A stretch of 64,000 bases of DNA from Minisyncoccota bacterium (GCA_021129515.1 JAJOLD010000001.1:61633-125632), one strand, 5' to 3'. Positions 20,656-30,064 are shown, counted from the first letter of the stretch. The notes: generated by a model not told the origin, from the sequence alone. A program made the numbers and translations.

Positions 20656-21261
20656 ATGTTAATTTTGGATGTTGAAGCCTCAGGCACCGAGTATTACAAG
20701 CACTCAATCGTCTCGATTGGTGCGGTTGATGTACTTAATCCTGAGAATCGCTTTTATGGTGAGTGCAAAATCTGGGATGGTGCACATATTATGGACGGTG
20801 CGCTCGAGGTAAATGGATTTACCGAGGAAGAAATCACCGATGAAACCAAGCTCACAGAAGGGGAGCTGGTGCAGCAATTTCTTGAGTGGGCTGAACCAAT
20901 CGAAGACCGAACCCTCACTGGGCAAAACGTCTCCTTTGACCGCGATTTTGTAAAAGCGGCGTGTGAACGCGCGGGTATCGCATACAATCTCGCATATCGC
21001 ACACTCGATACACACACCATGTGTTGGATGCATATGGTCAAGCGAGGCATGGATGTGCCTATTGATGCAGAACATCACCGTTCCAAATTGAATCTCGATG
21101 CAGTCCTCAACTACTGTGGTATTCCCGAGGAGCCTGAACCACACAATGCACTCACCGGCGCACTCTGCCATGCTGAAGTGACCGCTCGACTCCTCGACGA
21201 CAAGAAGCTCCTTCCTGAATTTGAGCAATACGACATGCCGTGGTTGAAAAATAGCACGTAG
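20656..21261 (+). CDS. DEDDh 3'-5' exonuclease (DnaQ-like)
   Basis: LDVEASG, QNVSFDRDF, LDT, HNALTGA (last Asp appears substituted). Confidence 0.9.
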   Translation: MLILDVEASGTEYYKHSIVSIGAVDVLNPENRFYGECKIWDGAHIMDGALEVNGFTEEEITDETKLTEGELVQQFLEWAEPIEDRTLTGQNVSFDRDFVKAACERAGIAYNLAYRTLDTHTMCWMHMVKRGMDVPIDAEHHRSKLNLDAVLNYCGIPEEPEPHNALTGALCHAEVTARLLDDKKLLPEFEQYDMPWLKNST

Positions 21262-21282
21262 CGCTGAGCACCTAGTACTTAG

Positions 21283-21317
21283 AAAGCACCCGAAAGCCAA
21301 CGGCTTTCGGGTGCTTT
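21283..21317. terminator. Intrinsic terminator-like hairpin
   Basis: AAAGCACCCGAAAGCC-AAC-GGCTTTCGGGTGCTTT. Confidence 0.7.
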
Positions 21318-21406
21318 GCTGTGAATGTTCTATCTATATCCCCCATACGCTCGTGCTACACTAGTAGCATAAAATGTTAGTACTTTTAACTGCATAGCAA
21401 AAACAT

Positions 21407-22126
21407 ATGAAAAAGAAAAAAACGTCAAAGAAAGACGAGGAAATGATGCATTGTCGGGTCATCACCGATCTATTTGAAAGCGATGACGCAGTGCAATCAT
21501 GGCGGACCTTCCGCATTATGTCTGAGTTTGTGCAGGGATTTGAGGTACTCCGCAAGTATGGCACTGCCGCTACATTCTTTGGAAGTGCGCGGACCGTCGC
21601 CGGTGACGATGTATACAAAGCAGCAGAAGAGCTTGGCGCACGACTCGCCAAGGCAAACTTTGCCGTTATTACCGGTGGTGGACCGGGTGTTATGGAAGCT
21701 GGGAATGTGGGCGCCTTCAAGGTGGGCGGCAAATCGGTAGGGCTCAATATCGAGCTACCCATGGAGCAAAAGCTCAATCCCTATGTGACCGAGAGTGAGG
21801 ACTTTCACTTTTTCTTCTCACGCAAGGTGATGCTCTCCTTTGCCTCTGAGGTATATGTCTACTTCCCAGGAGGATTTGGCACCATGGATGAGTTCTTCGA
21901 AATCATCACACTCATCCAGACCAAAAAAATCTCTCGTATTCCAATTGTACTCTACGATAAGGAGTACTGGGAGCCACTCCTAAAATTCTTCAAAACCACA
22001 TTACTTAAAGAATACAAAACCATCAGCAAAGAAGATTTAGATTTATTCCATGTAGTTGATACGGTTGATGATGCGTATGAATATATTATGAAAAATGTTG
22101 ATGTGAACACCCCGCGCCAAATCTAA
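21407..22126 (+). CDS. LOG family protein (TIGR00730-like nucleotide phosphoribohydrolase)
   Basis: FGSAR, ITGGGPGVMEAGN, PGGFGTMDEFFE. Confidence 0.93.
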   Translation: MKKKKTSKKDEEMMHCRVITDLFESDDAVQSWRTFRIMSEFVQGFEVLRKYGTAATFFGSARTVAGDDVYKAAEELGARLAKANFAVITGGGPGVMEAGNVGAFKVGGKSVGLNIELPMEQKLNPYVTESEDFHFFFSRKVMLSFASEVYVYFPGGFGTMDEFFEIITLIQTKKISRIPIVLYDKEYWEPLLKFFKTTLLKEYKTISKEDLDLFHVVDTVDDAYEYIMKNVDVNTPRQI

Positions 22127-22129
22127 AAG

Positions 22130-22252
22130 AAAAGCATACGCAGGTGGCAAACTTCTTTATCCTTTCCGTCGTTCGGACGCTCACCGTATAGGCATACGGC
22201 TCGCGTCCTCACTCTGTCACTCCTCGAATTTTACTCACCTGTGTATACTTTT
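22130..22252. repeat. ~120-bp imperfect long inverted repeat (MITE/REPIN-like)
   Basis: AAAAGCATACGCAGGTG...CACCTGTGTATACTTTT ends; inner GGACGC-TCA-CCGTAT-AGGC-ATACGG-CTC-GCGTCC. Confidence 0.6.
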
Positions 22253-22364
22253 AAGTAAGTAGACAAAATAATTGCAAAGCATATGTCACAGTTTCGCTCC
22301 CTGGTTCCTCGAAATGCATCCAAACCTACGTACCCTAAGTGATGAGTACATTAAAAAAGAGACT

Positions 22365-23306
22365 ATGAGCTACCCAAACAAACAAATTCTCGACACCTTC
22401 ACCGAAGAAACACTGCCTGACTTAGATGTGGTCACGCTTGGTGCGCTCGAGCTCCTTGGTGGTGCCGCGCTCCCAAATATCGACACACTCTTGAGTAAAC
22501 GCACACTTGTGGTCGGCAGTGGCAACGCAGGCGTCACCGGTCGGATCATCTTTGATGGTGTCAAAGCACTTCACGCAGACGAAGGCACCTACAAGCAAAT
22601 TCTTTCAACTGCAAAAGAAAGTCTCGACAGCGCCGTACTCATCTCTGCGTCAGGAGGGAAGCATGCGGTCGAAATCGCTGAGGAATTGAAGCGTTCAGGA
22701 CTCATGGTGCATCTCATGACCACAAATTCAAAAGCAGAGGCAGCGGTCTTTGTCGACAAAGACCGCTGGTATACATTCCCAAAGAATCGAGAGCCATACA
22801 CCTACAACACCTCAACCTACATGAGTATGTTGCTTGCAAAAACAGGGGAAAGTCCGGCGGCAATTTTGGCATTTCTTATGGAAGATACGGCGCGCAGATT
22901 GCCCGATACCTTGGGGCAGTACGACGCCTTCTACTGCATCATTCCACCTGAATTTGCAGCCATGCGCGAGATGTTCACCACAAAGTTTGATGAACTCTTT
23001 GGCGCAAAAGTATCCGGGCGTGTATTTACCTATGAGCAGACCAAGCATGCAAAGACCGTGGTTCCTGGCGACAACGAATGTTTCATAAGCTTTGGAGCAG
23101 AGAACACCACCTTTGGCATCCCCGGCTGCCGCGTGCATGTACCACTTCCACGCGAGGTGGGATGTGTCGGTATGATGGCAGTTGCGTATTACACCATCGG
23201 ACAAATCCAAAAACAGCACCCGCCATACTATAGAGACAACATCCAAAACTACACCCGCGAAGCATCCAAATTATTCGGAAGCATCATTACACCGGTAGTT
23301 GAATAA
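22365..23306 (+). CDS. SIS-domain (sugar isomerase-like) protein
   Basis: VVGSGNA and LISASGG SIS-type motifs; two-lobed organisation; EQTKHA. Confidence 0.65.
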   Translation: MSYPNKQILDTFTEETLPDLDVVTLGALELLGGAALPNIDTLLSKRTLVVGSGNAGVTGRIIFDGVKALHADEGTYKQILSTAKESLDSAVLISASGGKHAVEIAEELKRSGLMVHLMTTNSKAEAAVFVDKDRWYTFPKNREPYTYNTSTYMSMLLAKTGESPAAILAFLMEDTARRLPDTLGQYDAFYCIIPPEFAAMREMFTTKFDELFGAKVSGRVFTYEQTKHAKTVVPGDNECFISFGAENTTFGIPGCRVHVPLPREVGCVGMMAVAYYTIGQIQKQHPPYYRDNIQNYTREASKLFGSIITPVVE

Positions 23307-23314
23307 ACCCATAC

Positions 23315-23335
23315 GTCCTAGGGGACCCCTAGGAC
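23315..23335. repeat. REP-like palindrome family C, second copy
   Basis: GTCCTAGGGGACCCCTAGGAC identical to the core at 13523-13543. Confidence 0.8.
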
Positions 23336-23547
23336 ACTAGTAAATAAAGAAGAAGGGAATTGATAATTAAAAAAGCCGCCCTGACCTGGGCGGCTTTTTG
23401 GTTAACGCACGCTGCGCGTTATGTAGAGATGTCTTCTTCTCCGGAGTTTTCGGAGTCGTCCTGCTCCGTGTTGTCCACAAGCGTCTCCTCGCCATCATCA
23501 TGTGTTCAAACTTAAAAAACCCGAGATTTTAGCTCTCGGGTTTTATT

Positions 23548-24040
23548 TTATGCTTTAGCAACAACACACATCCACCGCAACTGAATATCCGATTTTGATT
23601 CAGGATACATCGGAACCCTAGAATTTGCCTCATAGTCGAGCCATAGTCTGAGGAATTTAATTTTTCCCATTTTTAACATCTTACCAGCTGTAGGTTCGGC
23701 TAGGTAAATATGGTCTTCACAAACTTTTTCTAGAACACTCAGATGTCCAATGTATCCATCTAACATCCAGTAAAGAATAATGACAGAATCTTTAGTGTTT
23801 AATTCTGTTAATTCGTCCCATGAAACATTCTTTAGCACCTTTGTTTTAAGTCCATAGTGTTTCAGAGCAGTCACAAGCTGTTTGTTGTATATACCACCCT
23901 CTTTTTTGTAGTTAGTTTACCTTGGCAATATCTGCAACTGTATATGGTACTCCAAAGTATCTTAAAGTCATTTCAATACAAGTTGGTCCACAGGCACTAG
24001 TGTCTCTTTGTTTGATAGGTCTTATTTTGGTATTCCTCAT
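23548..24040 (-). pseudogene. C39-like cysteine peptidase, single frameshift
   Basis: ATG 24040 gives QRDTSACGPTC (Gln/Cys); one extra A near 23917 breaks the frame; the downstream frame has GHLSV and AEP; AT-rich. Confidence 0.8.
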
Positions 24041-24051
24041 ATAACCACCAG

Positions 24052-24579
24052 TTACTTTTTAACAATACCAAAATGGAGTACATTGACTCGCTTTCCGTTT
24101 TTTACCCGAGCTGACTCAAATAGCCCATCCTGTGTGAAGCCGATTTTTTCGAGCACCTTTGTCATTGGTACATTTTCTGCTTCGACCTCGGCGCTGATTC
24201 TCACAATACCCATATGTGCAAAGGCATAGCGCACCAGAGCAGTAAGTACTTCAGTTGCAACACCCGTACCCCAATAATTTTTGTCACCAATCACAATACC
24301 AAGGTCTGCAACACCATGGTGCTTGTTGAATTCAGTGAAGGCAACAGTCCCAATAGTCACACCATCTGTAGTTTCGATTGACCAATAGTATCCTTCCTCA
24401 TCAGCCTCACATGCTTCGATGTATGCACATTGTTCTGCAATGTCTTCTGGTTCATTGAGCGGTCCAGGCATATGTGCCTGTACTTCAGGGTCAATATCCC
24501 ACACCTGCCATAACGCAGCATCGCTCTTTGTAAAAGGTCGAAGCATGTAGTGGATTGATTCAATCGTTGGAGATTTCAT
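24052..24579 (-). CDS. GNAT N-acetyltransferase (RimJ/RimL-like)
   Basis: LRPF, IGDKNYWGTGVATE, N..M.KVLEKIGF..DG. Confidence 0.92.
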   Translation of the reverse strand: MKSPTIESIHYMLRPFTKSDAALWQVWDIDPEVQAHMPGPLNEPEDIAEQCAYIEACEADEEGYYWSIETTDGVTIGTVAFTEFNKHHGVADLGIVIGDKNYWGTGVATEVLTALVRYAFAHMGIVRISAEVEAENVPMTKVLEKIGFTQDGLFESARVKNGKRVNVLHFGIVKK

Positions 24580-24714
24580 ATGCACAGTATACTAAAATGG
24601 TTTTTTAATCATCCTCATGCTCACCACATCATCGGCGTCGAGAATTCCGTCATGGGGGTTATTGCACCAAATTTGTTTGGGTGGTGAATGTCCTTGTATT
24701 AAATATCGCAGTAA

Positions 24715-25062
24715 GTGACTGACAAAGTAAAAGTTATCCGGATAACTGCTATAGGGACCTTGATTAAACATGCCTTTTCTCCTGACAGAGTACAGCCGCC
24801 AAATCCTCAACCGGTGCCGGAGTTGTCCGTTACTAACAACTTTAAACGACCTGACGGTAGTGATTTCGAAGATACGACAGTTCAAAACATAACTGTCGGT
24901 CATGGTCTACTTGCTCGTGCGATATGGAAAGCTTTCAGGAATCCAATCAGTCATGAGTTGGCTGCCGACCTACGTGATTCTGGACTATATACAGAGCAAG
25001 ACTGCTTGGATGCTCTCGGCTTGCTGTCCCATCTCTTCAGACGGCTCGATAATTCAGCATAA
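24715..25062 (+). pseudogene. C-terminal fragment resembling TIGR02391-type domain
   Basis: G..L......AFRNPISH...DCLDALGLLSHLFRRLD motif; stops upstream in frame and no good start. Confidence 0.5.
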
Positions 25063-25140
25063 CAGATAATCTATCTCTGATTATTCAAACAACATAAAAA
25101 CTGCTATATTGTCTGTATTAGAAAGCTAAGTATTTGAGTT

Positions 25141-25899
25141 ATGCAGTGGATTTTTATTGCGGTTATTATTCTTCTCATCTCATTTCTCCGTGAGGTGAAG
25201 CAGTATGAGCGCGGTGTCATGCTTACCATGGGTAAGTACACGGGGCTTCGGAATCCGGGGTGGAGTATTGTGGTCCCTATCTTTCAGAAGATGATTAAGG
25301 TGGACCTCCGTGTGAAGGCGGTGGATGTGCCTGACCAGAAGGTGATTACCCGGGACAACGTGTCTGCGAGTATTAACGCCGTGATTTACTACAAGGTATC
25401 GGACGCGGCGAAGGCAGTGCTCGAGGTAGAGGACTTCCGGCATGCGGTCTCGCAGCTTGCGCAAACGACTATGCGTAACGTGGTTGGTGGTGCGGAGCTC
25501 GACCAGGTGCTTGCGGAGCGTGAAGAGCTCTCAGCACGTATTAAGGAAGTGATTGACCGTGAGACCGACCAATGGGGAATTGCGGTAGAGAATGTGGAGC
25601 TCAAGGACTTCTTCCTGCCCGACGACATGGAACGAACCATTGCAAAGCAGGCTGAGGCAGAGCGAGAGCGACGTTCGGTGATTATTAAGGCGGAAGGGGA
25701 GGTTGCTGCGGCTGAAAATATGGCAAAGGCGGCTGCGATGCTTGCGTCTGCTGATGGTGCGCTGCATTTGCGCACACTCCAAACGCTGAACGACTTGAGC
25801 TCAGACCAGTCAAATACGGTAGTGTTTGCAACGCCGATTGAGGTTTTGCGTGCACTAGAAGGACTTGCGCCTAAGAAACGTACCGATAATCAAGGGTAG
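25141..25899 (+). CDS. SPFH/stomatin (slipin) family protein
   Basis: N-terminal TM, YERGV, VDLR, ITRDNVS, LAQTTMR, AKQAEAERERR, LRTLQTL. Confidence 0.96.
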   Translation: MQWIFIAVIILLISFLREVKQYERGVMLTMGKYTGLRNPGWSIVVPIFQKMIKVDLRVKAVDVPDQKVITRDNVSASINAVIYYKVSDAAKAVLEVEDFRHAVSQLAQTTMRNVVGGAELDQVLAEREELSARIKEVIDRETDQWGIAVENVELKDFFLPDDMERTIAKQAEAERERRSVIIKAEGEVAAAENMAKAAAMLASADGALHLRTLQTLNDLSSDQSNTVVFATPIEVLRALEGLAPKKRTDNQG

Positions 25900-25910
25900 G
25901 TGGGTGACTT

Positions 25911-26094
25911 CTGGATTGCTTCGTCATTCCGTTTCACTCCACTTCTCGCAATGACGTCTAGCTGAAACTTACTGTATCCGACTAATTAGTCGGATACAGT
26001 ACGTATGTTGTGTGCTGCGACGGCTAAAAGCGAAGATTTTAGCCGGTGACGAACGCGAAGCGTTCGTCATTGCGAACGGAGTGAAGCAATCCAG
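25911..26094. repeat. Composite palindrome cluster (two opposed family-D elements enclosing three hairpins)
   Basis: CTGGATTGCTTC...CGCAATGACG (25911-56), 32-bp perfect palindrome (25970-26001), hairpins 26021-45 and 26047-69, CGTCATTGCG...GCAATCCAG (26065-94). Confidence 0.8.
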
Positions 26095-26201
26095 TAGGTA
26101 AAAAATCCTGAAAATAGGGGCTAAACTAGAGTAACACAGAAAAAACGGCTTAAAACATGCCTATTGTAACTATTGACACACATCCGAAGTCATTGCATAA
26201 C

Positions 26202-26260
26202 TTGACTTTGGGTATAGGTGTGCTATAATAGGCGCATAAGCGGCTAACGCCGTTTTTTTT
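26202..26260 (+). promoter_or_regulatory. Sigma70 promoter followed by terminator-like leader hairpin
   Basis: TTGACT-16-TATAAT with TG extension; GCGGC-TAAC-GCCGT followed by a T-run. Confidence 0.65.
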
Positions 26261-26281
26261 GTTGGATAAGACTCTTGGCTT

Positions 26282-26716
26282 ATTTTATCAAGCGTTATTA
26301 CTGCAATTCTTGCGGTAACACAGATTGGCGCAGTTCCTGCATTGGATACTGCATATGGGCACATTGCAACAAATGAAGCACTCATCGCTGAAACACTCGA
26401 AGAAATGACTACCGAAGAAGCGGTACGTACATACTTCAGCGATATACCGGTTATGATCCACATTGCTCGCTGTGAGTCAACGTTTCGACACACACTTGAA
26501 GATGGTTCAGTTCTTCAGGGACGGGTAGACCCAGCAGATACTGGGGTAATGCAAATTAACAAGCGTTACCACGAAACTACTGCTGATACCCTTGGTCTTG
26601 ATTTGGACAACCTCTACGATAATATGGCGTACGCGCGTAATCTCTATGAGAGACAAGGCGTACAGCCATGGAGTGCTTCGGCACCGTGTTGGGGAAAGAC
26701 CATTGCGATGCGTTAA
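26282..26716 (+). CDS. Secreted lysozyme-like/SLT transglycosylase (probable non-canonical ATT start)
   Basis: IARCESTFRH, GVMQIN, QPWSASAPCW; signal-like ILSSVITAILAVTQIGAVPA lies in frame upstream of the track TTG at 26342. Confidence 0.8.
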   Translation: MLSSVITAILAVTQIGAVPALDTAYGHIATNEALIAETLEEMTTEEAVRTYFSDIPVMIHIARCESTFRHTLEDGSVLQGRVDPADTGVMQINKRYHETTADTLGLDLDNLYDNMAYARNLYERQGVQPWSASAPCWGKTIAMR

Positions 26717-26781
26717 ACCCTATAACAAAAGCCGCACCCACTTCGTGGGTGCGGCTTTTGTTGTGCCTGCGTGTGGCACTA

Positions 26782-26802
26782 CTTAGGGATACGAACCCTA
26801 AG
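26782..26802. repeat. REP-like palindrome family A (dispersed copy)
   Basis: CTTAGGGATACGAACCCTAAG; core identical to the reverse complement of 32488-32506. Confidence 0.85.
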
Positions 26803-26811
26803 AGTTGGTGG

Positions 26812-27213
26812 TTATCTTTTCATTGCCCAGCCCTCACCAGGACCATACGCCATGACATAGAGGAGCCCTCCCATGATTGCGAGGTTCTTGAAGAGTCCAT
26901 GGTCGTTGATATCCAAATGGAAGAAGAGTGTGGCAAGCGCGGTAAAGCCAAGAAGGAGAAACGCACCGCACCCGACACGGTAGCCGAGGATAAGTGACGC
27001 GCCACCAAAGAGCTTCACGGCGAGGACCAGCCATGCGAGGAGTCCTGCAAGTGGCAGTCCCGCGTTCATAATCATGCTGGCAGTACCTTCCATACCCCCG
27101 GGGGTCATAAGCATACCAACACCACTAAAGAAAAAGAGCAATCCCATGAGCACACGTCCCACCAAGGTGCCGTGGCTCCGGAGCATTGCTCGCTGTGATT
27201 CACTCATCATCAT
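26812..27213 (-). CDS. DoxX family membrane protein
   Basis: LVGRVLMGLLFFFSG, GGASLILG, FKNLAIMGGLL, GPG. Confidence 0.92.
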   Translation of the reverse strand: MMMSESQRAMLRSHGTLVGRVLMGLLFFFSGVGMLMTPGGMEGTASMIMNAGLPLAGLLAWLVLAVKLFGGASLILGYRVGCGAFLLLGFTALATLFFHLDINDHGLFKNLAIMGGLLYVMAYGPGEGWAMKR

Positions 27214-27482
27214 AATACGTTTTGGTTGTATGAATAATGTGGAGAGTCTTAGAGTGTGTTCAAAAAGACTTCGAGTTTCAAAGATGGTCAAAATTGGTGG
27301 CAAAAAATTGATAAAATTTCGAGCAATACTAAGCTATGGGGAGAAATTATAGCCGTTTTTTGATCAAATTTTGGCAATCGACGAACAGAAACAAATAGAA
27401 AGTTTAAACTATTTGTGTAGGATTTTTGAACATGCTCTACTATACATTATATCGTGTTTGCGCCATTATATATATAATTTCT

Positions 27483-27944
27483 ATGCAATATTGGTTAATG
27501 AAGAGTGAACCGTCGTGTTATTCGATTGACGACCTAGCGCGCGATGGTGTTGAACCGTGGGATGGTGTCCGCAATTACCAGGCGCGCAACCTCATGCGTG
27601 ACGATATGCAGGTAGGGGACATTGCCTTTTTCTACCACTCCAATGCAAAAGAGATTGGTATTGTGGGGCTCATGACCATTGCAAGCGCGGCGTACCCCGA
27701 CCCGACCCAATTTGACAAACAAGAAGACCATTACGACCCGAAATCTACCAAGGAAAATCCACGATGGCTCTTGGTTGATGTGAAATTCAAGCAGAAGTTC
27801 ACGGATATTATTCCGCTTGCAGTTCTGAAGAACGACCCCGCATTTGCCGACATGGCACTGACCCAGAAGGGGATGCGGCTTTCGGTACAACCCGTGAAGG
27901 AGAAGCATTACAAGAAAATAATGAAGATGGTAGGACAGTCATAA
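27483..27944 (+). CDS. EVE domain protein
   Basis: YWLMKSEP, WDGVRNYQARN, FFYHSN, RLSVQPV. Confidence 0.96.
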   Translation: MQYWLMKSEPSCYSIDDLARDGVEPWDGVRNYQARNLMRDDMQVGDIAFFYHSNAKEIGIVGLMTIASAAYPDPTQFDKQEDHYDPKSTKENPRWLLVDVKFKQKFTDIIPLAVLKNDPAFADMALTQKGMRLSVQPVKEKHYKKIMKMVGQS

Positions 27945-27956
27945 CAACGTATTTGT

Positions 27957-29159
27957 ATGGAACGATTTGTAGTAGTAGCACGACGGTATCTCTTTATGCA
28001 GAGTTCAAGCATGGCGTTTGTGAAGCTCTTTGTCACCAAGCGGCTCATTCATGGTGCAGCAACCGCACTGCTTGGGGTGTTTGTCCCTATTTTCCTCTAT
28101 GTCACAACCGGCGAAAACTTCTATGTTGTGGGGACGTTTTTTGCGGTGGTGTCGCTGGCGTACTTCTTAGTATTAGTACCCGCAGCGCAGATTATGAACC
28201 GCTTTGGTACGCGCGTCTCTTTGGTGATTGCGGGTATCTTTAATGTCTCATTCTATGTGATACTCTACTTTGCCGACGAGACCAATATCTGGATGTTGCT
28301 TGGTCCGTTGTCTGGTGCACTCTTACTCCTGCGACTCTTCCACTGGGTGCCGTATCATGTCGACTTTGCAACCTTCACCAAAGACGGACAGCGTGGCAAA
28401 AGCGTTGGGCTGACCTACGCGACCATTGCGTTTATGGGCATTATTGGTCCCATTCTTGCAGGGTACATCATCAAAAATTCCGGATATGATGTGCTCTTTG
28501 CTATTTCCGTGATACTGCTGGGGGCTGCAGCGGTGTCGTATGCCTTTGTCCCTAAGACACACGAGAAGTTCACCTGGACGTATGGAGAAACACTTAGGCG
28601 CATGTGGTCACCCGAGTATCGACCCATGGTCTATGGCTCTTTTGCCAACGGGCTTGAAATACCAATCACCCTCATTGCGTGGCCCATCTTCCTCTATGAG
28701 ATTCTCGACGGCAATGTATTTGAAATTGGTGCAGTATCAACCTTGGTGACTGCCATTACCATATTGTTGCAACTGGTATTGGGCAAATATCTCGACGGTG
28801 CAAAAAGCGCAAAACAAAAAACGCTGCGTGTCGGGAGTACGCTTTACGCCATTGGATGGATTATCAAGATTTTTGTCTTGAGTGCCGCACAAGTGTTTTT
28901 CGTCGGACTCTACCACAACATCACGAAGGTCTTTACCAAGACACCCTTTGATACCATTCTCTACGATATGTCTGCCGACCAGGGTCGGTATGTCGATGAG
29001 TTTACCGTCATGCGTGAAATGTCCAACCACCTCGGGCGGGCCGTTTCTCTCGCACTCATTGTACTTATGACGCTCTTTATACCGCTCAAATGGACCTTCG
29101 TTATTGGTGCAGGCGCAGCGCTGTTGCTCAATGTGGTGTACAAAGCAATACACGATTAA
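27957..29159 (+). CDS. MFS transporter
   Basis: About 12 hydrophobic segments; RG.......IIGPILAG motif. Confidence 0.85.
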   Translation: MERFVVVARRYLFMQSSSMAFVKLFVTKRLIHGAATALLGVFVPIFLYVTTGENFYVVGTFFAVVSLAYFLVLVPAAQIMNRFGTRVSLVIAGIFNVSFYVILYFADETNIWMLLGPLSGALLLLRLFHWVPYHVDFATFTKDGQRGKSVGLTYATIAFMGIIGPILAGYIIKNSGYDVLFAISVILLGAAAVSYAFVPKTHEKFTWTYGETLRRMWSPEYRPMVYGSFANGLEIPITLIAWPIFLYEILDGNVFEIGAVSTLVTAITILLQLVLGKYLDGAKSAKQKTLRVGSTLYAIGWIIKIFVLSAAQVFFVGLYHNITKVFTKTPFDTILYDMSADQGRYVDEFTVMREMSNHLGRAVSLALIVLMTLFIPLKWTFVIGAGAALLLNVVYKAIHD

Positions 29160-29201
29160 CGGCACAAACTAAAGCTTAAAAGTTATCAACACAAGAAAAA
29201 C

Positions 29202-29230
29202 TTGACGGTGAACGAACGTTCACCTATACT
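29202..29230 (+). promoter_or_regulatory. Sigma70 promoter containing a LexA operator (GAAC-N4-GTTC)
   Basis: TTGACG-17-TATACT; the spacer is the palindrome GGTGAACG-AA-CGTTCACC (29207-24); lies upstream of the lexA operon. Confidence 0.8.
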
Positions 29231-29275
29231 ATATGTATCACTTGGAGAGGAGATTATACATTTAGGTCAAGGTAT

Positions 29276-29476
29276 ATGAGCAAAAAAGAATACATCAAAG
29301 CACTCAACGAAGAAATCCAAAAGCTAAACGGTCTTATCGACTACAAAATCATCCATGACGATGACTACCGCAGGGAAGCGCGCCGTCACAAAAAGCTCCT
29401 TGCACAGATTCGTAGGGAAGAGGCAGGACGAATGGTCAACCGACTCATGCGTACCCTCGTACCATCATGGAAATAA
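29276..29476 (+). CDS. Small basic helical hypothetical protein, first gene of lexA operon
   Basis: 66-aa ORF ending 9 nt before the lexA start. Confidence 0.75.
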   Translation: MSKKEYIKALNEEIQKLNGLIDYKIIHDDDYRREARRHKKLLAQIRREEAGRMVNRLMRTLVPSWK

Positions 29477-29485
29477 TCACACAGT

Positions 29486-30064
29486 ATGAGCAAGTACGAA
29501 TCATACAAAGAAAAAATATTCGCATTCTACGAAGCGCAAAAGCGCATGCCCAGCTATGCCGAAATCATGGAGCTCGTCGGCTTTAAGTCAAAAAATGCCG
29601 TATCAAAACTCATCGACAAGCTCATGGATGAAGGACTTATCGATAAAGATGCACAGGGGAGACTCATCCCCGCGTCACTCGACACCGGTGTACCACTCTT
29701 GGGGCTGGTAGAAGCCGGCATTCCCACCATGGCAGATGCCGACATGCTCGACTCTATTAGTCTTGATAACTACCTAATAGAAGATAAAGCAAAAACCTTC
29801 ATCCTCGAGGTAAAGGGTGACTCAATGATTGAGGCGCATATCGAAGAAGGCGACTACGTCATTGCAGAACGCACCGAAGATGCACGCGACCGCGATATTG
29901 TCGTGGCAGAAGTCGATGGAGAGTGGACGCTCAAATATCTCCGTAAAGATCCCGCACAAAATACCATCTGGCTTGAACCGGCAAACAAGAACTATGCACC
30001 CATTCATCCCGCGCATTCATTGCGCATTGCAGCAATTGTAAAGGGTGTATTAAGGAAATATTAG
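29486..30064 (+). CDS. lexA: SOS repressor LexA
   Basis: wHTH (MPSYAEIMELVGFKSKNAV), VEAG.P cleavage site, GDSM, TLKY. Confidence 0.93.
   Translation: MSKYESYKEKIFAFYEAQKRMPSYAEIMELVGFKSKNAVSKLIDKLMDEGLIDKDAQGRLIPASLDTGVPLLGLVEAGIPTMADADMLDSISLDNYLIEDKAKTFILEVKGDSMIEAHIEEGDYVIAERTEDARDRDIVVAEVDGEWTLKYLRKDPAQNTIWLEPANKNYAPIHPAHSLRIAAIVKGVLRKY

Noticed and set aside
11752-29191. Replication origin from TTATCAACA DnaA-box-like words (~11752, ~29183)
   Set aside because: Isolated single mismatched boxes with no cluster, unwinding element or dnaA nearby
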